Shown one piece after another: positions 62,188 to 64,000 of a DNA stretch of 64,000 nucleotides. This DNA comes from an uncultured virus (IMG/VR IMGVR_UViG_3300046675_000363). Lineage: Duplodnaviria; Heunggongvirae; Uroviricota; Caudoviricetes. The number at the start of each line of letters is the position of its first letter. The first letter of the stretch is position 1. Location of the stretch: IMG/VR virus record IMGVR_UViG_3300046675_000363; one strand, written 5' to 3'. The position numbers and the translations under genes are program-made. The notes beneath the pieces were generated by a model, which had not been told where the DNA came from, did not search any database, and saw only the letters and a list, made by a program, of their open reading frames with translations.

Positions 62188-64000
62188 GTGGGTGACATTG
62201 GCGAATACAACACATCGAGTGACGCCAAGGCTCCTACTGCGGCTGCGCCCATTGAAGCTGGAGCTTCCGACGCTGCATCGAGGCCTGACGCACACCCGAT
62301 CCACGAATACAATACACCAAGCGATGCCGCCTCTACGGAGGCAAAGGTTGAGACGCCGAAGCCGCCGCCTGATTACGCCAATATGTCCGGTTGGGATGTC
62401 GCTAAAGGCACTGCCAAAGCTTTTATTCCGTCAGCAGCCGCGAAAGTGGGCGACGTAGTTTCAGGCTTGGGCAGCGCGGCCAAGCATGTCTATGACACGC
62501 ATGAGCTTCCCGGCAAAGATCTGGTTCAAGGCGCCGATGCGTGGGTCAACAGGAAGCTTTCGGACTATGCTCCCGAAACCATGAAGGTGGTCAACAAGGC
62601 GATAGGCTACACGCCGCCTTCGGACGCGGAGTACGAGGCGAAGGTGAAGCCGGCGACCGAAGCTGCTTCCGCTGCTTACCACAGCACCGTGGACCCCTTC
62701 ACATCGTGGCCTAAGTTCGCTGAGAAGATGACCACAGACCCTGTAGATCCGCTGCTCAACGTCGCCAGCGTGGCGATGCCGGCTCTGCGCGTGGCCAGAA
62801 CCGGAGCCGAATTGACTGGCTTGGCTTCCAAGGCTGGCAAGGCGGCTGACCTCACTAAGGTGACGACCCCCGGCGAGCTAGGCCAGGCTGTCCACGGCGC
62901 TGCGTCTGAGGCGCTCGCCGCGAAAGATCTCGCTTATAAGAAAGCTTTCAGCCACACCGCTACGTTTGACCCCGCTGCGGTTCAACCCATCATGAGCGAA
63001 GTGCAGGCCAATCTCGCCAACACGCCAAACTTCCCAGGCTTGAACCGTCTTGACAAGCACCCGCACCTCGCGGACGCCAAGGTGGCGTATGACCATTTGG
63101 AGAACAGCCTCAAAACCATAGACCCGAATGATTTCACCATGCCGAACATGGAGAACATCAGGCGCGACCTCCAGCAGAAGGCGATGGAGACAGAAAGCGG
63201 CCCCGCTCGCTACATGATCGGCCAGATGATCGACGGAATCGACACTGGCATCAGCAAGGTGGCCGTGAAGCCGGGAATGTACGGCGGCGACGGCGCTGCG
63301 GTGGCGAGCGACATGGCCAAAGCTCGCAAGTTGAACGTCGACTGGATCAAGCAATTCGGCAGTGAGGCGCCATCGAGCTTCAAGCCCACGATGAACACGC
63401 TCCCGAAAGACCTGGCGACGGCTGACGACAACCACTTCCACGCCGTCGGCACGGGCCTCGGCAATGCGCTGATGAATGAGGGCAAGGGCGGCGTTCTCTA
63501 CAGCCATCTCAAGCAGTTTGTGCCGAAGGAAACACTCGACAATTACCTGCGCCAGCCGATGCTGGCGGGCGATTCGGCAACCGTGATGAAGCGTCTAAAC
63601 GCGCCCGTCGCGCAGGATGTCTTTGGCTCCGATCTGGACAAGGTCAAGAGACTAGCCGCCTCACAGGACACCAAGACGCTCATGGGCAAGGCGGCCCCGG
63701 TCGCTAAGTGGGGGTTGGAGGCAGCGGCGCCTTTCGTTGGCCACGCGCTGCTTCCGGGTGGCGGCGGCGCCTTGGCTGGGGCAGCAGTGAGTGGTATTGG
63801 GGAGCTTGCGAGCAGGAAGTTTTTCCCGCACGGCGTCGGCAACAGGGCGCCGCTTTTTGAGCGTTATGCAGGCAAGCCGGCGCCTGCGGCGGCCCTGCCA
63901 GATAAAGGATTGCGCGCCGCGCTCCCGCTGGTGAGGCCAAGTAGCTACACGCAATTCCTTAAGCCTTCAACCTACAAGGGCGGGAGGCTTCCTGCAGCAG
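62188..64000 (+). CDS. Ejection protein 3 (putative), truncated at window edge
   Basis: GGAGG RBS, GTG start, MGDIGEYNTSSD...; reading frame appears open to the end (absent from ORF track because no stop). Confidence 0.75.
   Translation, partial: MGDIGEYNTSSDAKAPTAAAPIEAGASDAASRPDAHPIHEYNTPSDAASTEAKVETPKPPPDYANMSGWDVAKGTAKAFIPSAAAKVGDVVSGLGSAAKHVYDTHELPGKDLVQGADAWVNRKLSDYAPETMKVVNKAIGYTPPSDAEYEAKVKPATEAASAAYHSTVDPFTSWPKFAEKMTTDPVDPLLNVASVAMPALRVARTGAELTGLASKAGKAADLTKVTTPGELGQAVHGAASEALAAKDLAYKKAFSHTATFDPAAVQPIMSEVQANLANTPNFPGLNRLDKHPHLADAKVAYDHLENSLKTIDPNDFTMPNMENIRRDLQQKAMETESGPARYMIGQMIDGIDTGISKVAVKPGMYGGDGAAVASDMAKARKLNVDWIKQFGSEAPSSFKPTMNTLPKDLATADDNHFHAVGTGLGNALMNEGKGGVLYSHLKQFVPKETLDNYLRQPMLAGDSATVMKRLNAPVAQDVFGSDLDKVKRLAASQDTKTLMGKAAPVAKWGLEAAAPFVGHALLPGGGGALAGAAVSGIGELASRKFFPHGVGNRAPLFERYAGKPAPAAALPDKGLRAALPLVRPSSYTQFLKPSTYKGGRLPAA

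Larger units (their letters stand above)
1..64000. mobile_element. Tailed dsDNA bacteriophage genome segment (podovirus-like; free phage or prophage cannot be determined)
   Basis: terS-terL-portal-capsid-tail-ejection genes plus a phage replication module; no host housekeeping genes anywhere in the window. Confidence 0.97.

Noticed and set aside
1..64000. Integrase/att sites, alternative genetic code, introns or inteins
   Set aside because: No recombinase motifs seen; core genes are intact under code 11 with normal lengths and no obvious insertions

Overview
The whole window is one continuous tailed dsDNA phage genome segment (Caudoviricetes, podovirus-like: no tape measure or tail tube genes; it has an adaptor/nozzle and large ejection proteins). 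It is GC-rich. The host is probably an alphaproteobacterium, inferred from promoters lacking the -7 T and from Rhizobiales-type secreted-peptide morons. Layout: (1) 1-10.7 kb, replication/recombination module (VRR-NUC, SF2 helicase, Cas4-like exonuclease, SSB, Leu762-type PolA); (2) 10.7-17.9 kb, small early genes behind three near-identical sigma70 promoters; (3) a primase-polymerase/helicase followed by an AT-rich iteron region (likely ori); (4) a leftward operon with a Cys-rich radical-SAM-like protein and a divergent promoter switch; (5) pac/cos-like region, terS, terL, an anti-defence-like cluster (Tad2-like and gp49-family sponges) and portal; (6) head genes (GroES-like, scaffold, major capsid); (7) three paralogous tail fibres, GH19 endolysin, tail hub, GNAT and ejection proteins, cut off at the right edge. 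No integrase, tRNA, CRISPR array or reverse transcriptase is visible. The most notable unexplained signals are: a recurring xxxGG motif in five late proteins, together with a stand-alone duplicated GE(Y/F)V-domain protein (candidate di-glycine processing/packaging system); an HhH-glycosylase-like virion cargo gene with a nested out-of-frame small gene (toxin/immunity-like); a small uncharacterised domain found both free and fused to a nucleotide-sponge family; and two separate operator families. All family assignments come from motif recognition by eye, not from database searches.
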